A program made the translations under genes and the position numbers. Below are positions 1 through 10,744 of a DNA stretch of 64,000 nt, one piece after another. The notes beneath the pieces were generated by a model, which did no database searches, was not told the DNA's origin, and saw only the letters and a program-made list of their open reading frames with translations. Origin of the DNA: Polyangiaceae bacterium (lineage in GTDB: Bacteria > Myxococcota_A > Polyangia > Polyangiales > Polyangiaceae); assembly GCA_965222375.1 (NCBI GenBank), contig CBDCTZ010000014.1, positions 896,001 through 960,000 of the forward strand, read 5' to 3'. The first letter of the stretch is position 1, and every line of letters starts with the position of its first letter.

Positions 1-1437
1 GAACGAGAAGCGGTTTACGAAGCCTTCGAGCGTGCGCTGTTTCGATTGGATGAGCACCTGACCGCGTTGGATGACGGCATCACGCGAGCCAGCGCTGGCA
101 TTCGACTCGGTGCGGAAACTGCCTTGGACGACCTCTCCCGACTCGCAGACGAGGGCGACGCCGTTGCGGCGGAGAGGGGAGGCGTCTTCGCCTGGGTGCA
201 ACGCCGGGCGAAGGCTGCGATGGGGCCGGCGTTCTTGTCGATTCGAGAGCGTGTTCGAAGTGCGAGTGCCATGGTGCAACGCCTCGGCGGAACCCAGATT
301 TCCGAAGAAGTACTGGGCCGGCCTGCGGGCACAGAACTAGCGGCCTCGGACATCCGGGAGCACACGGAACTCTACCGCGGCGACGAGGAGCTGCCGAAGG
401 ACTACCTGAGCTTGTTCCGGGTCCAGCCCGTTCGTGAACATCGCTTGTTCACTGCGTACGAAGCGCAGCTCCGAGAGATCATCGAGTGCGAGCGGCGCTG
501 GCTGTCCGGGACCGGGAGCTCGGCCTTGTTGGTCGGTGCCCACGGGTCCGGTCGAACCAGCATGCTCAATTTGTGTGAGCTGGAGCTCTCTGCACCTCGG
601 CTGCTGCGGCCCCAGCCCATCGATTGGCGACGAGAAATCGGCCTGGTAGACGCCGTGGCCATTGAGCTCGGCGTGCGCCCGCGACGGCAAACTGTCATCC
701 GCGCGCTGTCACAAGCGAAAACGACTGTGCTCATCGACGACTTGGAGCAGTGGTTTTCGCCCGACGTGCGCGGCCTGCGTGAGCTCGAGAGCTTCCTGGA
801 TCTGGTGGTCACGACCAAAGACTCGACCTTCTGGCTTGCGGCCGCCGCGAGCGAAGCGCTCGTACTGCTAGAAGAGAGCGTCAATGTCCGCCAACCCTTT
901 GCCAGCGTGATCACCCTCGAGCCCCTCAAGCCTGAGACCCTCGCCAACGCCATTGAAGGGCGACACACCCTCAGCGGCAGGAAGGTCCAGTACCCTGCGA
1001 CCTTGGCTTCGGGCGTGCTCCGTCGCTTGCGTCAGGCTGACGACCGCCTACTCTATTTCAGCGTTCTTGCTCGGGTCACCGAAGGCAATCTGTCTCGGGC
1101 GCTGCCGACTTGGATCAAGTCCGTCGAATTGGACGATGAGGGGCAGGTCACCCCGCAGATCCACAAGACGCTATCGCTGGGGTTGCCGTACCTTTCCCGA
1201 TTGCCCGTCGCGGTCATCGGCATGCTGGTGCAGCTCGTGAGATTTGGACCCATGGACGAGAAGGAGTTGATGGCAAGCCTGTGCTTGGGGCGCTCGGAAA
1301 CTCGTCGACACCTGCACTTCTTGCTCACTTCCGGGTTGGTCGAACCTGCTGCGTCGAGCAAGCGCGCCTTGGGCATACCCGCGGACCTCCGGCCTTTGAT
1401 CTTCCAGGGTCTGCGCGGCATGGGGGCGTTGCAATGA
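1..1437 (+). CDS. P-loop ATPase (AAA-like) with probable C-terminal winged helix; 5' end probably outside the window
   Basis: Frame is open from the window edge. Walker A-like GAHGSGRTS, Walker B-like VLIDDLE, and a wHTH-like C-terminus (ETRRHLHFLLTSGLVE). Confidence 0.65.
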   Translation, partial: EREAVYEAFERALFRLDEHLTALDDGITRASAGIRLGAETALDDLSRLADEGDAVAAERGGVFAWVQRRAKAAMGPAFLSIRERVRSASAMVQRLGGTQISEEVLGRPAGTELAASDIREHTELYRGDEELPKDYLSLFRVQPVREHRLFTAYEAQLREIIECERRWLSGTGSSALLVGAHGSGRTSMLNLCELELSAPRLLRPQPIDWRREIGLVDAVAIELGVRPRRQTVIRALSQAKTTVLIDDLEQWFSPDVRGLRELESFLDLVVTTKDSTFWLAAAASEALVLLEESVNVRQPFASVITLEPLKPETLANAIEGRHTLSGRKVQYPATLASGVLRRLRQADDRLLYFSVLARVTEGNLSRALPTWIKSVELDDEGQVTPQIHKTLSLGLPYLSRLPVAVIGMLVQLVRFGPMDEKELMASLCLGRSETRRHLHFLLTSGLVEPAASSKRALGIPADLRPLIFQGLRGMGALQ

Positions 1438-2340
1438 CCCCGCGTCTCCGAGCGTTCGCCGGAGTGGCCCTTGGCTTGGCCTTGACCGCGTGCAATCGGA
1501 GCTTGCCGGAACTCGGCACGCCCGACACCGCTGGGCCCGTCGGGCACACTATGGTCGAGCGCCTCGCGGCGGAAGCGGAGCGCCTGGGCGCACTGCTGCG
1601 CCTCGACTTCCTGTTCAAGCTCGCCTTGCTGGTGATCGCGTCCATGCTCGTGACTCGCGTGGTCACCTTTCTCGTGCGCTTGGCCTGGCGGGTGGGCCTC
1701 GACGCCCAAAGGCGCCTGTCCTGGTGGGAAGGCGGCTCGCGTGTGGTGGTGGGGGCCTTCGTACTCTACGTGCTCGGACGAAGCATCGCGCGAGCTGCAC
1801 CTATCCTCTCTGCAGTTGGCCTCGTCTTCCTCGTGGTTGCCGCGTCTTGGGTGTTCTCCGCGCACCTGCAGAATGCTCTGACCGGCATCGGGCTGCTGTT
1901 CCGGCGCCAGCTGCGCAACGGTGATCGGATTCAAGTAGGTGGCCTCGATGGCGTGGTGCGAGCCGTAGGGCTGATGAATCTCGAACTCGTGAAAGCCGAC
2001 GGCTCGCGTGTGATGCTGCCGAACAGGCTGCTGAATCAGCAAGCGCTGACGGTGGCGAGGGAGAAGAACAGCGTGCCTGTGCGCGTACGTTTGCGTTTCG
2101 ACTCCGCACCGTCCCAGAGCATGTTGGAGCAGGCTCGTCGTGCCGCGCTGCTTTCGCCCTACCGTGCGCCACGCTCTTCCGTTGAGGTCTCTCGGGATCC
2201 AGACGACCTATGCGTCATGGACGTTGGAGTGCAGGTTTGGGCAGCCGCCGCCGCTCGCGCAGCGACGGATCACCTGGAGAGCAGCCTCCGAGCCGCGCTG
2301 CCCGAGCCGCCCCGGCCGCAAGACGCCAAGGAAGCTCCAA

Positions 2341-2354
<14 letters not shown>
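1434..2354 (+). CDS. MscS-family small-conductance mechanosensitive channel
   Basis: Three TM segments followed by [33 protein letters not shown] at 1434 overlaps the upstream stop (ATGA). Confidence 0.85.
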
Positions 2355-3696
<1,342 letters not shown>

Positions 3697-3729
3697 CACA
3701 CAGTTGGTGCTAGGCTCTGCGAGGTTTCG

Positions 3730-5721
3730 ATGAAACTCGTCAAAGTCGCAGCGGCCACGCTGAACCAGACGCCCTTCGATTGGGAGGGCAACGCCCGCAA
3801 CATTCGCGCGGCGATGGATCAAGCACGCGCCGAGGGCATCGGCATCTTGTGTTTGCCGGAACTGTGTATCACCGGCTACGGCTGCGAGGACATGTTCTTG
3901 TCGCCGGCGGTGCTCGATATGGCGTTTGACGTGCTTTTCGAGCTGCTGCCGGACACCAAAGGCCTCGTGGTCAGCTTAGGCCTTCCGCTCCGCTACAACA
4001 AGGCCGTTTTTAACACGAGCTGTCTGGTCGAAAACGGACGCCTATTGGGGTTCACCGCCAAGCGCGCCTTGGCCGGGGATGGCATCCACTACGAGCCCCG
4101 TTGGTTCAAGGCTTGGCCGCGAGGCAAACGCGCCCACTTCACTCGCCGCGGTCAGCGATTCCCGATCGGTGACGTTCACTTCGACGTTGGCGGGATCAAG
4201 ATCGGTTTCGAGATCTGCGAGGACGCTTGGATCGCCCAGCGCCCCGGAGCAGAGTTGTCCTTGGATGCCGTGGATGTGATCCTAAACCCGAGTGCGAGCC
4301 ACTTTTCCTTCGGAAAGAAGGAAGTGCGACGACGCTTGGTCCTCGAGGGCTCCCGTGCCTTTGGTGTCAGCTACGTGTACGCAAACTTGCTCGGAAACGA
4401 GGCAGGTCGCGCGATCTATGACGGTGACGCGATGATCGCCACCGGCGGCAAGCTTCAGGCCACCGCGCCACGCTTCTCGTTCAAACCTGTGACACTGATC
4501 TCGGCCACCATCGACGTGGATCTCACCCGAAGCCGGCATGGTTGGCTGTCCAGCTACCAGCCGGTCGTCTCGCCGGATCCCGAGGAATGTGTCGTCGCTC
4601 AGCACGATTATCCGAGCGCAGAAATCACGAAGAGCGTCGTGAAAGAGCCGGCCTGGGAGACCTCTGAATTCATCAAAGAAGAGGAGTTCACCCGTGCCGT
4701 CACCCTCGGGCTGTTCGACTACATGCGCAAGAGCCGTTCTCGGGGCTTCGTGGTGTCCCTCAGCGGTGGCGCGGACTCCGCGGCGGTGTTGTGCTTGTGC
4801 GCCCTCATGGTCGAGATGGCGCGGGCCGAATTGACTCCCGAGGGATTTGCCAAACGGCTTTCCTATTTGGGCGGAGTCGACGCTGGGGCGGATGCCCGGG
4901 CCTGGATCCGGTATCTGGTGACCACGGCGTATCAGGCGACGCGCAACAGTGGCGAGGTCACGCGCGCTGCGGCCAAGTCCGTGGCGGAGGCCGTAGGTGC
5001 GAATCATCACGAACTCGATGTGGACGAGCTGGTGAGCGGCTACACCAAGCTGGCTGAAGAGGCTCTCGGCAGGGCCCTGGATTGGAAAGGAGACGACATC
5101 GCCCTTCAGAACATCCAAGCCCGGGCTAGAGCGCCGGGCATTTGGATGCTCGCCAATGTTCAAGGTGGCTTGCTGCTGTCCACGAGCAACCGCAGCGAAG
5201 CGGCTGTCGGCTACGCCACCATGGACGGAGACACCGCTGGTGGCCTTTCGCCCATCGCTGGGATCGACAAGGCTTTTCTGCGGCGCTGGCTCGCATGGCT
5301 GCAATCCCGCGGACCCGAAGGTCGCGGCCCTGTCCCAGAGCTTGCAGCGGTCACGGAGCAGGCCCCGACCGCTGAGTTGCGGCCTCAGGAGTCGAAGCAG
5401 ACCGACGAAGACGATCTCATGCCCTATGAGCTACTCGACGCCGTCGAACGCGCCGCGATTCGGGATAAGCGGGGGCCGGCAGAAGTCTACGATCTGATGC
5501 GTGCGGCCTTTCCCGCTCACCCGCCCTTGACCTTGCTCGGATGGATCGAACGCTTCTTTCGACTCTGGAGTCGCAATCAGTGGAAGCGAGAACGCTACGC
5601 GCCGAGTTTCCACCTCGACGACGCCAATCTGGACCCGAAGACCTGGTGCCGGTTCCCGATCTTGAGCGGTGGCTTCGAGCGCGAGCTTGCCGCGTTGCGA
5701 AAGCGCGTGGAGAGCGATTAG
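3730..5721 (+). CDS. nadE: Glutamine-dependent NAD+ synthetase
   Basis: N-terminal nitrilase domain (LPELC, EICED) fused to a synthetase domain (SLSGGADS, QNIQARAR, GYATMDGD, PTAEL). Confidence 0.95.
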   Translation: MKLVKVAAATLNQTPFDWEGNARNIRAAMDQARAEGIGILCLPELCITGYGCEDMFLSPAVLDMAFDVLFELLPDTKGLVVSLGLPLRYNKAVFNTSCLVENGRLLGFTAKRALAGDGIHYEPRWFKAWPRGKRAHFTRRGQRFPIGDVHFDVGGIKIGFEICEDAWIAQRPGAELSLDAVDVILNPSASHFSFGKKEVRRRLVLEGSRAFGVSYVYANLLGNEAGRAIYDGDAMIATGGKLQATAPRFSFKPVTLISATIDVDLTRSRHGWLSSYQPVVSPDPEECVVAQHDYPSAEITKSVVKEPAWETSEFIKEEEFTRAVTLGLFDYMRKSRSRGFVVSLSGGADSAAVLCLCALMVEMARAELTPEGFAKRLSYLGGVDAGADARAWIRYLVTTAYQATRNSGEVTRAAAKSVAEAVGANHHELDVDELVSGYTKLAEEALGRALDWKGDDIALQNIQARARAPGIWMLANVQGGLLLSTSNRSEAAVGYATMDGDTAGGLSPIAGIDKAFLRRWLAWLQSRGPEGRGPVPELAAVTEQAPTAELRPQESKQTDEDDLMPYELLDAVERAAIRDKRGPAEVYDLMRAAFPAHPPLTLLGWIERFFRLWSRNQWKRERYAPSFHLDDANLDPKTWCRFPILSGGFERELAALRKRVESD

Positions 5722-5727
5722 CCCGGC

Positions 5728-7428
5728 TCAGGCCGGGGCAGCTGGGCGCCGGCCGGAGCCGGGCTCCGCGGCTGCTTGCACCAAGGCGGCAGTGATTTCG
5801 TGGGCCGGCGTTTCGAAAATGCGCTGGGTGGGGCCGGATTCGACGGCTCGGCCATCGTTCATGATCATCACGTCGTCGCAGATTTCGGCGAGGACCCCGA
5901 GATCGTGAGAAACGAACACCACGGCCAGGCCGCGGGCCTGGATGCGATCCGAAAGCAGCGCCAGCAGCGAGGCTTGAGTCGTGGCATCCAGGGCCGTGGT
6001 GGGCTCGTCGAGTAGGAGCAGATCCGGGTCATTGGCCATAGCGATTGCGAGGGCCACACGTTGGCGCATTCCGCCGGACAGCTCGTGAGGGTAGGCTCGT
6101 AGCCGTGCTGCAGGGTCTGCCACGCGAACTTCACGCAGCAGCGCCTCGGCCTTGTCTGCGGCTTCCGCTGCAGTTTGCGGCTGGTGCAACTGGATGGCTT
6201 CGGTGATCTGATCGCCGATGCGAAACAGGGGGTGCAAACTGGACTGCGGGTTCTGAGGCACGTAGCCGATGTGTTTGCCGAGCAGTGCCGCCTGCTGGGG
6301 CGAGCCTGGCTGCATCGCATTGCCCGCGAAGGAGATGGCGCCGCCTTCGACGTGAAGGCCACTGGGTAGCAGTCCGAGAATGGACAGCAGGGTCAACGAC
6401 TTGCCGGAGCCGCTCGGACCAGCGATGCCCAGGGCGCGGCCGGCCGCAACATCAACGTCGACTCCCCGCAGCAAGCGCTGGTTTTGCGCGAACAAGGTCA
6501 GCCCGCGCACTTCGAGCAAAGGATCCGCGGGTTCGTCCCGCACGGGCGACGAAGTTTTCGAGGGCGCCGCGGAGCTGGGCAAAGTATCCGGCCCCTCTGT
6601 GGGCCACTCCGACGGCTCCGACTTGCTTCGCGGATCGCTGAGCAGATTCAGCGCGACGACCACCGCTGAAAGACACGCGGCCGGCAGCAGCACCGCGTGG
6701 GGGGAGCTGACCAGGAGGTGGCGCGCCTGTCCGACCATGGTGCCCAAGTCCGCGGTGGGAGGCTGCGCGCCCAAGCCCAAAAAACTCAGGCCGGCGGTTT
6801 CGACCACCATCCAGCCTGCGGACGTTGCTGCGGCGGCAGAAAGGGGCGCCCACAGCGCCGGGAGCAGATGCCGAGTCAGGATTCGGAAATTACCCGCCCC
6901 CAATGCGCGCGCGGCGATCACGTACTCCTCGGCGGTCACGCTCAGGGCCGCGCCCCGCATGCTCCGAGCAAAAAACGGCACGTTCACAATCGCGATGGCG
7001 ACCATCGCATGGGTCAAGCTCGGGCCGAGTACCGCGACAATGCCCAACGCCAAAAGCAGATAGGGGAAGGAGAGCACGACGTCGACGCTGCGCATCAAGA
7101 CGAAGTCGACGAGCTTGCCGTAGTAGGCTGCCGCCACGCCCAGAGTGGTCCCAATCCCGGCGGCAACGCCCACTCCGATGACTCCGATGCCCAGGGAGAG
7201 ACGAGTTGCGTGCACCAGCCGCGACAGCATGTCCCGGCCGAGCTGATCCGTTCCCAGAAGGTGCCCTGAAGCGCCCGGCGGCAATAGGCGCTGGTCGAGA
7301 GCTGTCAGATTTGGGTCAATCAAAGGCAGGGCCGGCGCAAGCACGACCAGGCCGATCACGGCTACGATGGCGGCGCCGCGGAGCCTGCGCTGGTTGCCGC
7401 GCGGCTTCGTGGATTGCGTCGCCCTCAT
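5728..7428 (-). CDS. Peptide/nickel ABC transporter, DppC-type permease fused to DppD-type ATPase
   Basis: HLLGTDQLGRD and an EAA loop, then GPSGSGKS, YPHELSGGMRQRV and LDEPTTALD. ATG at 7428 overlaps the upstream stop. Confidence 0.9.
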   Translation of the reverse strand: MRATQSTKPRGNQRRLRGAAIVAVIGLVVLAPALPLIDPNLTALDQRLLPPGASGHLLGTDQLGRDMLSRLVHATRLSLGIGVIGVGVAAGIGTTLGVAAAYYGKLVDFVLMRSVDVVLSFPYLLLALGIVAVLGPSLTHAMVAIAIVNVPFFARSMRGAALSVTAEEYVIAARALGAGNFRILTRHLLPALWAPLSAAAATSAGWMVVETAGLSFLGLGAQPPTADLGTMVGQARHLLVSSPHAVLLPAACLSAVVVALNLLSDPRSKSEPSEWPTEGPDTLPSSAAPSKTSSPVRDEPADPLLEVRGLTLFAQNQRLLRGVDVDVAAGRALGIAGPSGSGKSLTLLSILGLLPSGLHVEGGAISFAGNAMQPGSPQQAALLGKHIGYVPQNPQSSLHPLFRIGDQITEAIQLHQPQTAAEAADKAEALLREVRVADPAARLRAYPHELSGGMRQRVALAIAMANDPDLLLLDEPTTALDATTQASLLALLSDRIQARGLAVVFVSHDLGVLAEICDDVMIMNDGRAVESGPTQRIFETPAHEITAALVQAAAEPGSGRRPAAPA

Positions 7429-8375
7429 GCATCCACCCGCGGATCGAGGGCTCGCTGAGTCAGATCTGCCGCCAAGCTCGTCAGCACGTAAGCGGTCGAG
7501 AGCACGAGTACTGAGCCTTGCATCAAAAGCAGATCGCGTTTTTCTACGGCATCCACGAGCAGGCGACCCAGCCCCGGCCACTGAAAGACGCTCTCCACGT
7601 AGACGGCGCCCCCCAATACGAAGCCGCCTTGCAAGCCGATGACGGGAACGACGCGGGCCAGCGCGGTGCGAAAAATGTGTCGGTAGAACACGACATCTTC
7701 CGAAAGGCCCTTTGCTCGGGCCAGGCGTACGTAGTCCTCGGATGCGGCGTCGAGGGCGTAGCGCCGGGTCAGCCGCGCGATGACGCTTGCCGACACCAAT
7801 CCGAGGGAGAGCCCGGGCAAGACGACATGGGATGAAACGTCCCGGATCAGCCAGGTTCCGCCGAGGGCGTCGCGCATTCCACTGACCGGGTACAGGCCTG
7901 CCCACGCCGCAAAGGTCAGCATGATCACCAGCGCCAATACGAAGGTCGGCATGGAGATTCCCAACAGGCTCAACCCGCCAAGCCAAGCTCCACGCCGCTT
8001 TCCCGCATGGCGCGCCGACACCATGCCAACCCAGAGCCCGGCACAGATTGCGAAGGTCAGCGCAACCAGCGCCAGCAAGAGCGTCGGCCCCAGACGCTGC
8101 CAAACTGCTTGGCGTACGGGAAGATCCAATGAGTAGGCGTGGCCCAGGTCTCCTCGCAGCACGTTACTCAGCCACCTCAGGTAGCGCGCCGGCCACGAGC
8201 CATCCATTCCGAGTTCGTGACGAAGTGAAGCGACGCGTTCGGCTGTTGCATAGGGCCCAAGCAGCGCGCTGGCGGGGTCACCGGGGATCAGTGCGGTCAG
8301 CCCGAACACCAGCAGGCTGAGCACCAGCCACGTCGGCACCAGAAGCAACACTCGCTTGAGTAGGTAGCGGGCCAA
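7425..8375 (-). CDS. Peptide/nickel ABC transporter permease (DppB/OppB type)
   Basis: PGDPA, GDLG.S, DYVRLARAKGL and ESVFQWPGLGRL motifs. Confidence 0.92.
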   Translation of the reverse strand: MARYLLKRVLLLVPTWLVLSLLVFGLTALIPGDPASALLGPYATAERVASLRHELGMDGSWPARYLRWLSNVLRGDLGHAYSLDLPVRQAVWQRLGPTLLLALVALTFAICAGLWVGMVSARHAGKRRGAWLGGLSLLGISMPTFVLALVIMLTFAAWAGLYPVSGMRDALGGTWLIRDVSSHVVLPGLSLGLVSASVIARLTRRYALDAASEDYVRLARAKGLSEDVVFYRHIFRTALARVVPVIGLQGGFVLGGAVYVESVFQWPGLGRLLVDAVEKRDLLLMQGSVLVLSTAYVLTSLAADLTQRALDPRVDA

Positions 8376-8376
8376 G

Positions 8377-10050
8377 TCAGCGTACCGTGGCTTCGTGGAG
8401 GTTCAGAAGGAACGAGCGGCTCAGCCTGACGCCGCTAACGCGCTTACGAACGGCGGCATTCTGCTTGTAGCTGGCGACGAAGATCCACGGTGCGTCTTGG
8501 AAGACCAGAGCGTCCAGTTGTCGATACTTCTCTGCCCGCGCCGCTGGCTTCGCGCTGGCACGGGCCTGGTCCACCAACGTATCGACCTCGGGATTGGCGT
8601 ACCAGCCGGAGTTGAAGCCTTTCGGCGGATGGGCTGCGCTTCGCAGGGTCAGGGCCGGGAGCGTGTCCGGATCGTTGGTCATCCAAGCCATCGCGGCCAT
8701 ATGTACGTCCGAGCTCAGCCCCGCATTCACCGTGGCGAGGTAGGCGTTCCACTCCATGGTCGTGATCTCGACGTTGACTCCAACCTTGCGAAGATCGGCT
8801 TGCATGGCCGTCGCCATCAATTCGGGCTCGAGCATCCCCGAGCCTCCAGTTGGGACGAGCAGTTTCAGAGTCATTGGCAAAGCGACGCCCGCTTCGGCCA
8901 GTAGCTTGCGGGCGCGGGCCGGGTCGAAGGCATAAGGGCGCACGCCCGGGTTGCGGTGATCGCCGAAACCATCGGCGATAACGCTCGCAGCCGGCGTGGC
9001 GGTATCCTGTAAGACGTGGCGGACCAAGTGGTCCCGATTGATGGCGTGGTTCAATGCGCGGCGGACCCGCACGTCTCGCAGCTGCGGAGTGCGGAGGTTC
9101 AGAATCACGAACCAGAGGTGAGCGCCTTGGGTTTCGATCAGAGAAAACGCCGGGTCCAGGCGCAAGCGTGTCGCCGCATCCGTGGGTACTTCCAGCAGAA
9201 TGTCAGCGCCACCGGAATAGAGTTCCGTCAACGCGGTCATCGGATCCGCGATGAGGCGGAACACGATCTTCGAAGCCCCGCTCTTGCCCGCCCAATGCTG
9301 CCCCGCGCGCTCGAGCAGGATGGACCGACTTTTATTCCATTCCGATGCGGTGAAGGGTCCCGTGCCACCCCCGTGTTTGCCGAAACTCTTGCCGTGCTTC
9401 CGGACGGCGGTGGGGGAAACCATGTAGCCACTTGGGTAGGCCAGGTTGCTCAGCAGCGGAGCGAAGGGCTCGGAGAGATGCAGCCGCACTCGGTAGGGCG
9501 CCTCGACCTCCACCCGGGCGATCTTTTCGAAGAGGAACGCCAAGGGAAACGGGCCCGTGTGATGGTAGGGGTGGTCGGGGCGGAGCATGCGCTCGAAGTT
9601 GAACCGCACCGCGTCTGCGTTGAAGGCGCTGCCATCCGAAAATCGCGCGTCCTTTCGCAAGAAGAATGTGAGGCTCTTTGCGTCGCCGGATACCTCCCAG
9701 CGCTCGGCAAGAGAGGGGGCGAGCTTCAGGGTCCCGGGCGCGTGAGTCACGAGCCCTTCGTACATTTGGCTCAGGATTCGGAAATCGCTGGCGCTCGTGG
9801 TCACGTGCGGGTCAAGGGACTTGGCTTGTTCGGAGGTCACCACGACGACCGCGTCGGACGTGGACGCTGTGGCAGGCAGCCGCGCGGATAGCCCGGCGAG
9901 CACGAAGAGCGCGACTAGCACTCCGGCCAGCGCGTGAACGGGCGTCTTGACCACCACGCTGCTGACAAAAGCGAATGCGGCGGCGGGTGTCGAGCGCTCG
10001 CAGGCGATTTCCTTTCGGCGGCCCTTGATGCGCTGCAGGGACCGCTGCAA
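8377..10050 (-). CDS. ABC transporter substrate-binding protein, family 5 (true start probably a GTG near 9954-9957)
   Basis: SLDP, YEGLV, LAERW, F.LRKDARFSDG and GTGPF motifs. Confidence 0.9.
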   Translation of the reverse strand: MQRSLQRIKGRRKEIACERSTPAAAFAFVSSVVVKTPVHALAGVLVALFVLAGLSARLPATASTSDAVVVVTSEQAKSLDPHVTTSASDFRILSQMYEGLVTHAPGTLKLAPSLAERWEVSGDAKSLTFFLRKDARFSDGSAFNADAVRFNFERMLRPDHPYHHTGPFPLAFLFEKIARVEVEAPYRVRLHLSEPFAPLLSNLAYPSGYMVSPTAVRKHGKSFGKHGGGTGPFTASEWNKSRSILLERAGQHWAGKSGASKIVFRLIADPMTALTELYSGGADILLEVPTDAATRLRLDPAFSLIETQGAHLWFVILNLRTPQLRDVRVRRALNHAINRDHLVRHVLQDTATPAASVIADGFGDHRNPGVRPYAFDPARARKLLAEAGVALPMTLKLLVPTGGSGMLEPELMATAMQADLRKVGVNVEITTMEWNAYLATVNAGLSSDVHMAAMAWMTNDPDTLPALTLRSAAHPPKGFNSGWYANPEVDTLVDQARASAKPAARAEKYRQLDALVFQDAPWIFVASYKQNAAVRKRVSGVRLSRSFLLNLHEATVR

Positions 10051-10061
10051 AGCGTCGAATC

Positions 10062-10736
10062 ATGCGACAAAAGCAGGAAGTGGAGCGCTTGCTGGTGCAA
10101 GACCCGGCGCTGAGGGCGCTTCGAGACAAGCTGGAGCCCACCCTGTCTACGGATCCGGGCCACGACTTGGCGCATGCCATTCGTGTCGCCGCTTGGACAT
10201 TGCGTCTCGGGGATTCGGACGTCGAGCCTCGCGAGGTCGTCGCTGCGGCGCTGCTACATGACTCCGTGAACTTGCCCAAAGACTCTCCCAGGCGAGCCGA
10301 GGCGAGCACCCTCTCAGCGGAGCTGGCGCGCCGCGAGCTAGCGAAGCTCGATTTTTCCTCGGAGGCCATCGAGCGCGTGGCCGAGGCAGTGCGCGACCAT
10401 AGCTACAGTCGAGGCGCTGTGCCCGAAGAAGCGCTTGGGCGAGCACTCCAAGACGCAGATCGCCTCGAGGCGCTGGGTGCCATCGGACTGATGCGCTGCG
10501 TGGCGGTAAATACCAAGATGCAGGGGCAGTTTTTCGATCCTGCTGACCCCTGGGCGCGGGATCGCCAACTGCAGGACCGACGCTACTTCGTCGACCACTT
10601 CTTCACCAAGCTGCTCCAACTCCCGGAGACCATGTGCACCAAAGCCGGGCGCGTCGAGGCTCGACGGCGCGCGGTGTTCCTACGTCAGTTCCTGGATCAG
10701 CTCGCGGGCGAGATTGGAGAGCCCCGCCCGGACTGA
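10062..10736 (+). CDS. HD-domain phosphohydrolase (YedJ-like)
   Basis: HDLAHAIRV, ALLHD, LQDADRLEALGAIG and DHFFTKLL. Confidence 0.88.
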   Translation: MRQKQEVERLLVQDPALRALRDKLEPTLSTDPGHDLAHAIRVAAWTLRLGDSDVEPREVVAAALLHDSVNLPKDSPRRAEASTLSAELARRELAKLDFSSEAIERVAEAVRDHSYSRGAVPEEALGRALQDADRLEALGAIGLMRCVAVNTKMQGQFFDPADPWARDRQLQDRRYFVDHFFTKLLQLPETMCTKAGRVEARRRAVFLRQFLDQLAGEIGEPRPD

Positions 10737-10744
10737 TCGCTCAA

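Noticed and set aside
5728..7428. Permease-ATPase fusion as a novelty
   Set aside because: DppC-DppD fusions are a known architecture.
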